Assembly: GCF_006345805.1 (NCBI RefSeq)
Contig: NC_043000.1
Span: 104,470,001 to 104,534,000, forward strand
Source of the DNA: Octopus sinensis
Taxonomy: Eukaryota
Direction of reading: 5' to 3'
DNA: 64,000 bases
Part shown: positions 23,728 through 35,765 of the stretch, one piece after another
Numbering within the stretch: position 1 is the first letter of the stretch
Layout of the letters: the number at the start of each line of letters is the position of its first letter
Position numbers and translations under genes: made by a program
The notes under the pieces: generated by a model
The model's input: the letters and a program-made list of their open reading frames with translations, nothing else
What the model was told of the DNA's origin: nothing
The model's database searches: none

Positions 23728-25129
23728 TACGAAGCTGGACTGAAAAGTTCATAGGCTGACTATGGAGTGGTACTAGTAAAATCTTGCATGCATAAATTTC
23801 AACCCTTCTTATTAATGACTGCATTGTTTCTTTCCAGGCAAACTATCATCTCACTATTCAAAGAAGTCTCCAATGGTAACTAGCAGCGACTTCTCTTGAA
23901 AATCGACAAAATTTGGCATCGTGCTGTTGTCACGTACCTGCAGAAAAATGATTTAGCACCAAGGGACATTTATACTGACATGATTGCTACATTAGGTGAT
24001 GATATCCATGCTTTATCATCAGAGCAAAAGTGGGCAGATGAATTTTGGAGGGGAAGGGAGAGTCTTGAAGATGACACAAGGTCTGAACGTCCTGTAGCTG
24101 CCACCACCGAGGAAAACAGTTGAGAATATTCTGCTCAAAGAACTGAACGTGACAAAGGTTTCAGGGGCTTATATTCCGGGTTTGCTAGGTATGCGCTGTA
24201 CACCCATCGAAAATGGCAAATTCATTATAAATATAAGCCTTACTCATTAATTTAATAATAAATCTTAATGGAAAACTTTTGTTATATCCATGCTTGAAAT
24301 TTAGTGGTATTGAGTGTGGAAGCACACCCAATACAACAACCAACATACGCCACTGAAAGGCTTGTGCGCTGTGGATACCACGTCTTCTGATACCTGATCA
24401 AAAGCGCACCAGATTAGTTACATCACAGCAAAATCTGACATTGTTTGAAACTGATTCACCTGGTTTCCTTGAACGTCTTCTAACCCAGAATGAGTGCGAG
24501 CTTCATCATTTTGAGCTATAGACAAAGAGACAGTCTATGAAGTGGAAACACACCTCTTCATCTGCTTCAAAGGAGGCCAGGATTGTTTCACCTGCAGGGA
24601 AGATGATGGCCGCAGTTTTTTTGTATTACAAAAAGCACTGTATGTTGTGCCTATCTTCAAAAGAGCCACACCATCAATGGAGAGTACTATGCCAGCTTGC
24701 TGAGGCAGTTACGAAAGGCTATTAAGACGAAACGCCCAGGAAAACTGACGAAAAGGGTCTTATTTCATCAGGACAATGCTACAGAGCACAAATCTTTGAT
24801 TTCAATGATTGCTATGCGTGACTGGCTTTGAACTCGTTGATCACCTTCACTAATCTCCTGATTTGACCCCATGTGACTCTCAGGTGTTACTCAACATGAA
24901 AAAACACTTGACTGGGATCTAGCATCGCATTGATGATGACGTTATATCTGTTGTTGACTTTTTTATCAGCTGGATGGAAGTTTCTTCATCAATGGGATCC
25001 AAGCACCGCAGCACCAATGTAAGAAATGTGTGGACCGCAAGGGGGACTATGTTGAAAAATAAACATCATTTGGTAATATTCCATGAGAGAATCTTAGTCA
25101 GCTTATAAACCTTTTAGCCGAGCCCCGTA
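23728..25129 (+). mobile_element. Mariner transposon, near full length, inactivated
   Basis: TA-flanked imperfect TIRs (tacgaagctggactgaaaagttcataggctgac / gtcagcttataaaccttttagccgagccccgta); ORF remnants MKIDKIWHRAVVTYL...RESLEDDTRSERP, WIPRLL, FHQDNA, PDLTPCD. Confidence 0.92.
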
Positions 25130-25559
25130 CAAATTGAAATGGTTCGTGGATTGACAAAATCGTTTGAGTGTCTGCTTTGCAGAATTTGGTCATGACCCAT
25201 TAAGATTTCAGTTCACAAAAACAGTCAAGGTTCAATTTTATCTTTTATCCTACTGAATGGTTGTAATGAACACATGATATGCGTCGCCGAGATTAGCACT
25301 GGAGCTCAGTCTATTGCAAACATTCGGACCTGGTCTCCGACTTGACAATAACTTGCTTCTTCCTCAAACCTACCTCGGAGGCCTCGAAAAATACTATGGG
25401 TGCTGTGTTTTCTCCTCGAACGGGACAACAAAAATAAAGTAAAACAACCTTTCTAGATGATATTCCAGTAGTTAGGCTCTGGAGATGCTGGATTTAGAAA
25501 CGTTATGCAAAGAAATAACAAGCAGTGCAGAGACAGTAGCAAAGGTGATGGCACCCATA

Positions 25560-26490
25560 TCAACAAATGTAAAAGTAGATAAGACTGAAACAGATAAGAA
25601 AAAGGAGAGCTAGAACGCAGAACAAAAGAGCCGAAGAGTATACAATATTAGTCTATTGAAGAAAAAAGTAGGGAAGCCATAAAGACAACAAATTAATACA
25701 GAAATGGTAAACACACACGCGCGCGCGCACACACACACATGATGGTTGTAAAGCTGGAGAGCGGAAAAGGCCCATGAAAAAAGAAGAAAGAACGAAAGTA
25801 GAATGTCCGAAATGAGAAAAAAAAAATGGGGATTTAGAGCAGCATGTTATTAAAGATATGCTCAAACTTTTATCAGGAGCTATATAGTTCGACAGTAAAC
25901 TATCAAATGGTAAATGATATATCACTTAGCAAAGAAGAGTTACCATCTATTCTCGATGTGTAAAAACATTGAAGTAACAAAGCTCCGGGCAGAAAATGAA
26001 ATTAAAACAAATTTCAATAATAAAGATTATAACAAAACTGTTTAACAGGATCTTAACAAGAAGGAAAATCCATGATTTATGGAATAAAGCTAAGCTTCAT
26101 ACTACTACATAAAAAGGGAAATTGGAAAAATCATAAAATATTGTAGGCTAATCAGTTTATTATCCCAGTTGCACAAGATTTGACATCAGAATCGTACAAA
26201 ACAGAATAGAAAGAGATTTAGAAGAAAATTAAGCAAAGGAAGAGGTAGGCTTTAGAAAGAAATTCACTGCAACATTATTTTCGATCAATAAATGAAGTAA
26301 AAATAAAGGCAAATGAATATCAGCAAGACTTTAGAAGAGACTACACAGACTATGCAAATATCTTCGACTCAATAAGAGCGTAAGGCCTTTCTGGAAACTG
26401 TTATTACAATGGGCATAAACAAACCCTATTCCGACATCATAGAAACATTTACTAGTCCGCTACAGCTAATATGCATCTGGATACAAACTG
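25560..26490 (+). mobile_element. Degenerate RTE-clade LINE reverse-transcriptase fragment
   Basis: Frameshifted LLHKKG..YCRLISLLSQLHKI, EEVGFRK, DYANIFDS (~DYEKAFDS) motifs. Confidence 0.65.
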
Positions 26491-27714
26491 CATCTCTTGA
26501 CCAAGTTTGCATACATGAGGCTGAAAAGGCAGCTCCTTGAGCAGCATTTAAAAAAAATTATAACCTTAAGTACGTGACCAAAGAAGTTGCACGACTTCAC
26601 CGCAACATATCATCAGATGAAAGGATGAGCGTATATAAGCAGAAGCCCATGCATGGATATGTTAGTAGAAAGCTCCGAGAAGATAGTAAACATTGATCAT
26701 CAAAGCAGTCTATCTTGGACTAACAACCAGATTACCATCTTTCATTTTGATGGGTATGCATTTGCAATCCATGATCAAGAAATATCAATCAAATAATTGT
26801 TGTACAAAAGGGACAGAGATGCAAGAAAAGCAGTAATATGTGATAGCCGATGCAGACTTTGCAAAGTTAACACCGAAGATATCACCCACATCATAAGCAG
26901 TTGTCCAAAAATGTCATCACGGTATTATCTACCGATGCGACATGATGTTGTTGGTAGGACACTGTATAACGAGATCCGTCAAAAGGATAACCCCAAGGAC
27001 AAAGAAATAAGAACCCACAATATGTTGGAAGCCATAGCCACTCATAAAAAGGAGTACTGGTGGAATGTCCCAGTGAAAACCTTAATAAAAAGTAAACACA
27101 ATAGACCTGATATAATGATTTTAGACAGAGAAGAGAAACTGTGTACAGTTGTGGAAATCAGCTGCCCACCAAATGTTAGCATAAAACTGAAGATCAGTGA
27201 AGAAGAGAATACCCACGCTGAACTATTGAGAAATCTGCAGTTACTCTATCCAAATTACAAGTTCAGGTTTATACCTGTAATTATTGGGGCCCTGGGATAT
27301 GTAACACACTGCCTAAATACCAATCTTGAGAAATTAGGATTTTCAAAACCAGAAAGGAGAAAGCTGATTCGAAGAGTACAGATCCAATCCATCACTGGAA
27401 CTGTAAAAATCTGTAAAACTTTCCAGAAGTTTATCATTTAAGTATATATGATCATATCTAGATATGCAATTATATACATGAAAAGACATAAATAAAACAA
27501 AACATACAAATCTGCACATATACATATATACATAAATACATACATGCATACATACATACATACATACATACATACATACATACATACAAACATACATACA
27601 TACATACATACCCTGTTGTTGATGTTGAAATTCCAATGAAGGAGCTTTGGATCTAGCTTAGAAACTGGCTCTTTCTCTATTGGCAAGAAATCTTGAAATT
27701 AAACTGAATAATGA
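26490..27714 (+). mobile_element. R4/Dong-clade non-LTR retrotransposon 3' part (CCHC knuckle + restriction-like endonuclease), (ATAC)n-associated
   Basis: ORF 26797-27441: CRLC...HIISSC, RHDVV, NRPDI, VEISCP, IPVIIGALG; 3'UTR ends aaactgaataatga directly before (ATAC)n. Confidence 0.9.
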
Positions 27715-27787
27715 TATACATACATACATACATATATACATACATACACACATACACACACTAACATAAAAATGTATGTGCGAATGT

Positions 27788-27916
<129 letters not shown>

Positions 27917-29288
27917 GACCGTTGTACCTTGTCCCGACCCTACCATCACCAAACTAGAACGCATTCTCTTCCGCTTCTTGTGGAAAGGATGCGTCCCGAT
28001 GGTCAGGCGATCCATTTGCTGTCAACACCCGTTAAAAGGAGGGCTGGGCATGCCGTGGTTGATGATGCGCAGACACGCGCTGAGACTGCGACATCTCCGG
28101 CTCTATGTAGACGACGGTGAACAGGTGTGGTCGCCGTTTGTGAGGCACGCGTTCCCGCAGCTCGTCTCCATGACCGAACTGCAGTCGTGGATAAAAAAGA
28201 GGCCGAGGAAGGGCGAATGGCACCGCGAGTGTCGCGTTGCTCTCAAGCAACTCTGCCGTCCCGGGTCGACCTTGAGTGACTTCAACACAACCAAAGCATT
28301 CTATAGGGGATTAGTGGAGGGGAGGTACGACGACGATCTTGGGGCAAACCTAGGCGTCGACGAGGAATACCTGACCCGCCTGTTTGAAAAGACTTTCGGG
28401 CCGGGACCTATGGACAACTTCCAGAGATCCCTGGCCTGGCAGTGCTACCGAGAAGCGCTACCCGTTCGGGATAAGCTCTATAGGCATGGCTCGAGAAACA
28501 CGGGGCCGACCTGCCCGAGATGCGGGCAGAGCGACGAAACCGTTCTGCACGCAATCGTGCAGTGTCCAACAATCTCAGACCTGTGGGCTTATGTCGAACG
28601 ACTGCTGTCACGTGTGGGACGTGTCGGTTTATCAGCCGAGTCTATCGTTAATATCGTCACACCTCCTTCCTTCAAACGGGAAGGAAGAGCTATTTTTATC
28701 ATACTTGTGGCTATGGCGAAAGAATGTATCTGGTGGACGCGCCTGAAAGGATTAGAGACAAACACTTTCCTCTCTGGTCAATCTCTCATCAACTTCTTCA
28801 AGTATCACTTGAAGAGGAAAGTGAGAGTAGAGAGGCAAGTGTTGTCTAGTGAATGTTTTAAAAAAAGATGGGTGAATGTAGCAAGGATGGCACGTATGAA
28901 TAACGAAGCCACCTTGACTATGATCCTATGAACCGTAAAAATTAAGACAGAGAGTTGCTTATTTGTAAAAAAAAAAAAAAATAACATGTGACTTCATTGA
29001 CCGAGGTTACCGTGGTCTTTTCCGTAGGCTTTTCTTTCCACGGGTAAACCTCACCTGTCCTCCCCTTTACACTTTATATTGACATTTTTGTGATAACGAT
29101 CCCTATTGATCAATTTTTTTCCTTTCCCTTTTTTTTAAAAATTTATCCCCCCCTTTTTTTGTCCTCTTTCTTTCCTTTTACGATCCCTTTTGATCGAAAA
29201 CCAACCCCCCTTTTTTACTGCCAAAAGAAAAGCTCTACCTTGTAATTTGTCCTGTCTGTGTGCAGCCCTGTGTGGCTAATAAAGAAAC
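27917..29288 (+). mobile_element. 5'-truncated L1/Tx1-clade LINE (ORF2 C-terminus + 3'UTR)
   Basis: Uninterrupted ORF to stop at 28931 with FLWKG, GGLGMP, LAWQCYREALPV, zinc finger CPRC...HAIVQC; T/C-rich 3'UTR; AATAAA at 29278-29283. Confidence 0.92.
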
Positions 29289-29289
29289 A

Positions 29290-29346
<57 letters not shown>

Positions 29347-29347
29347 C

Positions 29348-29391
<44 letters not shown>

Positions 29392-29422
29392 CTACCTATC
29401 TATCTATCTATCTATCTTCTAC

Positions 29423-29494
<72 letters not shown>

Positions 29495-29521
29495 CATCTA
29501 TCTATCTATCTATCTAAATAA

Positions 29522-29599
<78 letters not shown>

Positions 29600-29690
29600 C
29601 AGATAAATATACATACATGTGTATATGTTTATAAGTATGTATTTATGTATGTATGTATGTATGTATGTATATGTATATATATATTCAATA
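29289..29690. repeat. (ATCT)n followed by (TA)n and (TATG)n microsatellites
   Basis: Direct inspection. Confidence 0.95.
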
Positions 29691-29885
29691 TATATGGATA
29701 TGTGTATATAGAGATATACTGTAAGTTGTTGCTTGCCTTGTGTGTATAGAGGCGTATATAACCCTAAATATGTTTTTGAGTATGCATGGCTGTGTTTATG
29801 TCTGTGTTTTGTCTTGAAGTAAAATATAACGAGTAGCTGCTGTCATTGATATTTTTGTCTAGTGTGTTTGTGTGCTTGCAAGTAC

Positions 29886-29936
<51 letters not shown>

Positions 29937-30503
29937 CGTGCGTGTGTGTACATGTGTGAGTGTGTGTGTGTATGTATACATGTGTGAACGTGTGCTGTTT
30001 CAGTTCAGAAATACGCATTTAAAAATAGTTGTTCCTCAACTTCATTGAATAACAGTTCTGCTCGCTATGACAAAATTATCGTCTGCACAGTAAATTTGTC
30101 GAAGATATTTCCAGATAGTGAGAAAGAAAATGTTGCAGCAGAAGGCGAAAGAGAAAATAAATTAAGAATTAGAAAGAGAAAGAGAGTAAGAAATTGTATG
30201 AGGAACTGAAGGACTATGTACTTTTAGCAATATCTCTCTATTCCAAGTGTAGTTCTTATATCGATCACATTTAGTCACTGTCATACCATTTACATTATGC
30301 TCTTTAGTTCCATCTAATGTGTTCTAACTTGTCGATTTTTTTACTGTAAATTTATGTATTCTTTTATTAATATTCTTAATGATTTGCATAAGTTCTAGAG
30401 TTGTTTGGCAAGATTATTTTTCGGTGACATAGCGTAGGGTGTTGTTGAGTGTGTTTACTGCATAGGGTGATCACTTTATATAGGTTATGTTTATATACGT
30501 AGG

Positions 30504-31763
30504 TACGAGCGTCGGTTGAAAAGTTTATAGGCTGACGAAGATACCTCCAGGGAATGTGATCAAATGAAGTTTATTTTTCAATACAACCCACTGGCGGTTC
30601 ACACATTTCTTACATCGGTGTTACAGTACTTAGATCCCATTAGTGAAGACGCTTTCATTCCGTTGGTCAAAGAAAGTCATTAACAGCAGATATCATGCCA
30701 TCATCACTGCGATACTGGTTCCCAACGAAGTGTTTTTTTTCATTTTGGGGAACAGATGATTGTCAGATGGGGCCAAATCAAGTGAACAGGGATGCTGTTC
30801 AACGAGTTCAAAGCCACAGTTAAGCGTATCAGCCATTGAAGCTAAGGGTTTGTGTATTGGTGCATTGTCCTGATGAAACAAAAATCTTTTCGTCAGTTTT
30901 TCTGGGTGTCTGGCCTTGATAGCTTTTCCTAACTGTTTCAGCAAGTTGGCATAGTACTCTTCATTGAGGAGTGGCCCTTTTCAGATAGTCATTAAATACA
31001 GTGCCTTTTTCATCCCCCAAAACTGAGACCATCATCTTCCCTGCAGATGTAACAATTCTGGCTTCCTTTGGAGTAGGTGAAGAGGGATGTTTCTCTTGAA
31101 TGGACTGTATCTTTGTCTGTGACTTAAAGTGAGGAAACCAACACTCTAGATTCTACCTCAAATAATGTCAGATTTTGCCATGATGTGATCAGCCTGGTGC
31201 ACTTTTGATCAGGTGTCAAAAGACGTGGCATCCACTAAGCAGAGACCTTCGTTATGCCAAGTTCATTGTACAGAATAGTATAAACTCTCTTATAGGATAT
31301 GCTATGATTCATTGTCATTTGCCTGTCATCCATCACCATGTGGTGAATATGATGTTTTCTTCGGTGGTGGCAGCTGCAGGACATTCAGACCTTGGGTCAT
31401 CTTCAAGGCTCTCCCTTCCCCTTCAAAATTCAGTTGCCCACTTTTGCACTGTTGATAAAGCTGGAGTGTCATCCCCTAGTGTAGTAACCATGTCAGCATG
31501 AATGTCGCTGGAGGCTAAACCCTTTTTTTTGCAATTACTTTAAACGACACGATGCCAAATTTTGTTGATTTTCAAGAGAAGTCGTTACTAGTTACTTTTG
31601 AAATCTTTTTTGAATAGTGTGATATCAATTGTCCTGAAAAAAAAAACAAAACAAAACAAAACAATGAAGATGCTAATAAGAAGGGTTGAAATTAATGCAA
31701 GATTTCACGGTTCTAGCATTATTCCTTCATAATCAGCCTATGACTTTTCAGCCCACCCTCGTA
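30504..31763 (-). mobile_element. Mariner transposon, same family as 23728-25129, inactivated
   Basis: TA-flanked TIRs at both ends; ORF 30693-30944 LFHQDNAP...HPCSLDLAPSDNHLFPKMKK. Confidence 0.92.
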
Positions 31764-31999
31764 TTTTACATGTAATGAAAGGAGAGGCTGTTTATATAGG
31801 TGAAACTGGCGATGTCCACTTAGCTGATATTTTTGAAATGGGAGTTGCGGGGACAGGAAGCCACCACACGACTGCTATAGCAATTGAATTTCCTCAAATC
31901 ATATCCTTCCAACTTAGAAATAGAAAGAATACATTGTATAATGTACAAAATGCACAGAAAGACGGGATGCTCATGGCTTGAATACTTTTGATCATAATT

Positions 32000-32800
32000 C
32001 TGGATAATCAAGACTTATAAACAACAATAATAACATGAGATGAGAATTCTTGAGTACTGGGAAGAAAGGATTGCAAAAAGTGGTTAGTGCAAGAATGGGG
32101 AGAGAGAACAAAATATAGGCCATGAGACAAGAAGAGACAAATGATTTGGATAGGTCTGAGAGATGGCGGCATGAGATGAGCTGACATTGAGGAGAAGAGG
32201 CTATTAGGGTAGCAGTGTAAGTGACTGAATGAGGAGCACCACGTTTGTGACCAGAGTTTGAAATATGTTTGTGAGCGACTTCATGCCAATCAGTGAAGTA
32301 TTTATTCGTGGATGCCGTCCAGGATGTCTGTATGTAGTAGCGTTAACATTCCCGATGTGAGAGCAGAACTCCACTATAAGTCTCACTTGAGATTTGTATG
32401 TGATTAGTAAGAGTTAAGAACTGAAGTTTCTTCTGTCCTTCCAGGGAGGAAGGCAAGTTTTTGCGATACCGTCTTTGATATGCGGAAGATGTGAGATCGT
32501 CAGGAAAAATGATTAGTGATGCAGAAGCCTAGCACTGTAGCTACATCGTGGGTTCTAGTTGCATGTGACTCATGTTTAGAGGAAAGTATAATATCATTTT
32601 CTTGATATATGTAGTGATTGTGTTTTTGTGTTGTTAAAGAGACAAGATTGGCACGGTGCCATTGAATGATATTTTTGAGATCTCTGCTCATGTAGTCAAT
32701 GCAGGTTTGATGAGAGGTACCTAGGAGGTATATGGATGACACTTGGGAGAAGGAAAGAAGGAGGCGAAGGAAAGAAAGGACAATTGAGACTTGGCAGTAG
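32000..32800 (-). mobile_element. Degenerate CR1-like LINE, RT C-terminal region
   Basis: DLKNIIQWHRANLV, SQKLAFL, YKSQVRLIVEFCSHI motifs with stops and frameshifts. Confidence 0.65.
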
Positions 32801-33057
32801 TCGGAAGAGTGGTGATAGCAGTGGCAGCTCGTGCATAGGAACTGCAATAACATTCAATATAATGAGCCCTTTTTTCTTTAAGTCTTTATTTATACTTGTA
32901 CATTATGTAATCCTTAAGCTTAATATCAGTAGTCATTCCCTAGTTTATGAAAAAAATACAAAAATCTTTGTATAGAACTGTGCACTTCACAGTTCCAGCG
33001 ACACGGTGTTTGGCTGTTGTGCGCAAGCTCACATGTCCGAGATAGGAAACTTCACAC

Positions 33058-33058
<1 letters not shown>

Positions 33059-33136
<78 letters not shown>
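33059..33136. repeat. (AG)n microsatellite
   Basis: Perfect dinucleotide run. Confidence 0.97.
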
Positions 33137-33137
<1 letters not shown>

Positions 33138-34334
33138 ACTGCGTGAACGACAGTACTGAGTAAAAGGTAATGTTTCTTTTTGACTGCGCGTGTGTTGTGC
33201 TTAAAAACGTGTTTATATTCTTGAATGTGATAAAGTGTAGAATTAGATTACTATCCTGCTTCCACCTTCAGTATTGCTTCCAGGATTTGAAAAATAGGGC
33301 GCCCCACCTATTTTGTGATTTAGGAGGGATCTTTGGAAAACAAGGGGGAATTCGCGGCGGTGTTCAGTGAACAAATAAAACACACTACCCGGCAGTGGTT
33401 AAAACGCGAACCGATCAAGTTTATGTATAAATTTTCTTTTTATAAGTTTGTTTCCTTTGACACAATATTAAAACAAAGGCTAAAAATTTTCTGAAGCAGC
33501 ACCTCCACTAATTGTATCTACGAGCCGCCACTGAGTGATAGTAATTTAAAACACATGCACTGCATATTGTTATATTCACTTCTGTTTTATTTTCCGTCTA
33601 CTTCTTCAGTATCAAAACATTTCTTGATACTGAAGAAGAGTAGAAGTTGTGAGTGACTAAGCTGTGTCAGTTACAAGTGATTAGACTGTATAAGTCACGA
33701 GGGATTAGGCTATAGATACGCAATTAGATTTTTTTAATTCTTTATTTTAATAAGAGTATCAATAACCGTCAATAACTTGAGTAAAGATGTTCGTACATTA
33801 GCATATTGAAAATGATAGAGTTAAACAGTCAAAACATGGAAAGTTATATTTATTTTTCATTACAGATATTTACATGTAATATATTTTACATTAATAATCT
33901 GTGAACATTTCAGTCTTTTTACAGTGTCTATTACGAATTTTCCCCCTGTGTCTTCCAAAGGCTACTCAACACACATACACACACGCACGCACGCACACTC
34001 ACACACACACACATCGACGCGCAGAGTTTCCGGAAAATACAGTCACGCTTCTTCGCCACTAATCTTCTATAGAAGGAGTAAATTTGATAAAAAGGTTGAA
34101 CAAAGTAAGTGGGAAGCATGGTCCGAGTGAATGGATCTACTTTAAGCATGTTTCTGTAGACCGCGGAATACTGCTGGAAGAGGGCACTTACCCTTGCTAG
34201 CCAATATAATCCTGGATCTGTGGGTTTCTTGCCTTTCGTTCTTTCGATAACTGCTGTACTTTTGACGCACTGAGATCGATTCATCTGATTTCATCCGCCA
34301 TCATAGATGCATGGCAAGAAATAATGGCTGGAGA

Positions 34335-34538
34335 TTTTGGCACAAGGCCAGCAATTTGAAGAGGTGGGGTACATTGACTACATCGACCCCAGTGTTCAAC
34401 AGGTACTTGTTTTTAAGACACCGAAAGGATGGAAGATAAAGTCGGCATTTGCGGAACATAAAGAAGATAAAGAGCCGGAAGAAATGCTGCTAATCATTTT
34501 GTCCGACTCGCTCATGATTCTACCAGCACGCCGCCTTT
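34335..34538 (-). mobile_element. SINE family 1 copy
   Basis: Reverse-complement family match. Confidence 0.8.
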
Positions 34539-34561
34539 GCATGGCCAGAAATAACAACAAC

Positions 34562-34632
<71 letters not shown>

Positions 34633-35001
34633 CATTTTATGTTTGACGTTTGCTTTGCATTTGTACAAGCTGGCTCCAAGTCTCACACAGAGACCTAAAG
34701 AGAGAACAAGTTAGAAGTTCATGCTGGTGTTATGCTTAGGGTGCCATGTATTTGGTTTTGTACATAGTGTTGTTCTAGAGAATGTTTAAGACATCATAAG
34801 AAAAGTGTGTGTTTGCTTAAAAATTTGAGATAACATAGATAGTATTTTACGTAGGATATGGGCAGTTCTCATGAGCACTATCTTTTGAATTTCTGCCATT
34901 TTGGAGTTTCCTGGTATCTGAGCTAGGTAGCAATCAGACCCTTTTGCTATCATTTCTAGAGCACCTATGACAGCAGGTATTGTTTTAGTCTTCAGATTCC
35001 A

Positions 35002-35002
<1 letters not shown>
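34633..35002 (-). mobile_element. Short 5'-truncated R4/Dong LINE 3' end flanked on both sides by (TAA)n
   Basis: ORF 34786-35004 MWNLKTKTIPAVIGALEMIAKG...QKIVLMRTAHILRKILS; arrays at 34560-34632 and 35003-35188. Confidence 0.85.
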
Positions 35003-35082
<80 letters not shown>

Positions 35083-35098
35083 TATTGTTGTTGTTGTG

Positions 35099-35146
<48 letters not shown>

Positions 35147-35188
35147 TATTATTATTATATCATCATCATTATTATTATTATTATTATT

Positions 35189-35745
35189 GAGTGAGAGAGT
35201 AGTGCATGCCATGAAAGAGACACTGGGGTAAAATATACGAAGCCCAGTATACCCATCATGACTACCCGTCTGATAAGGGTACACCAGGCACATGCATCAC
35301 AACCATATGTGCGCAACACGGTGATCTCATATCAAGATAAACAGCACATGACCTTGCAGGTGGGGCCCAGTTAGAATTTTCTTTTGTCGACTAACCCATC
35401 TCGCTCAAAAGTCCATGAATAAGGGTTGTTTAAGGATGTTGAACGAAACACACATGTTTCCAGAGGTGAATTATTCAAACCCCAAAGAATCCCTCTCAAT
35501 ACATGGCTATGATGCTCCCCCACTACTTCTGCTCGTGATCAGAGATGCACATATCGTTAGCCACTGAGGGACATGCTCAACAGGTTAAGGTGAAACAACT
35601 GACAAGCAAATCTGTGGTATTAAGCAGAATATTTGCTGTAGCCCATCTTTTATACCAAGACAAAACAATGTACATGATAACACTTCCAATCAGTTAAGAT
35701 CAGAAGCCACGAGAGCCACTGCCTGGTACTGCATCAGAGCATTTG
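35189..35745 (-). mobile_element. ~555-bp non-coding dispersed element embedded in (TAA)n, copy 1
   Basis: Aligns end-to-end with the reverse complement of 57174-57715; trinucleotide arrays on both sides; no ORF or TIR seen. Confidence 0.85.
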
Positions 35746-35765
35746 TTATTATTATTATTATTATT

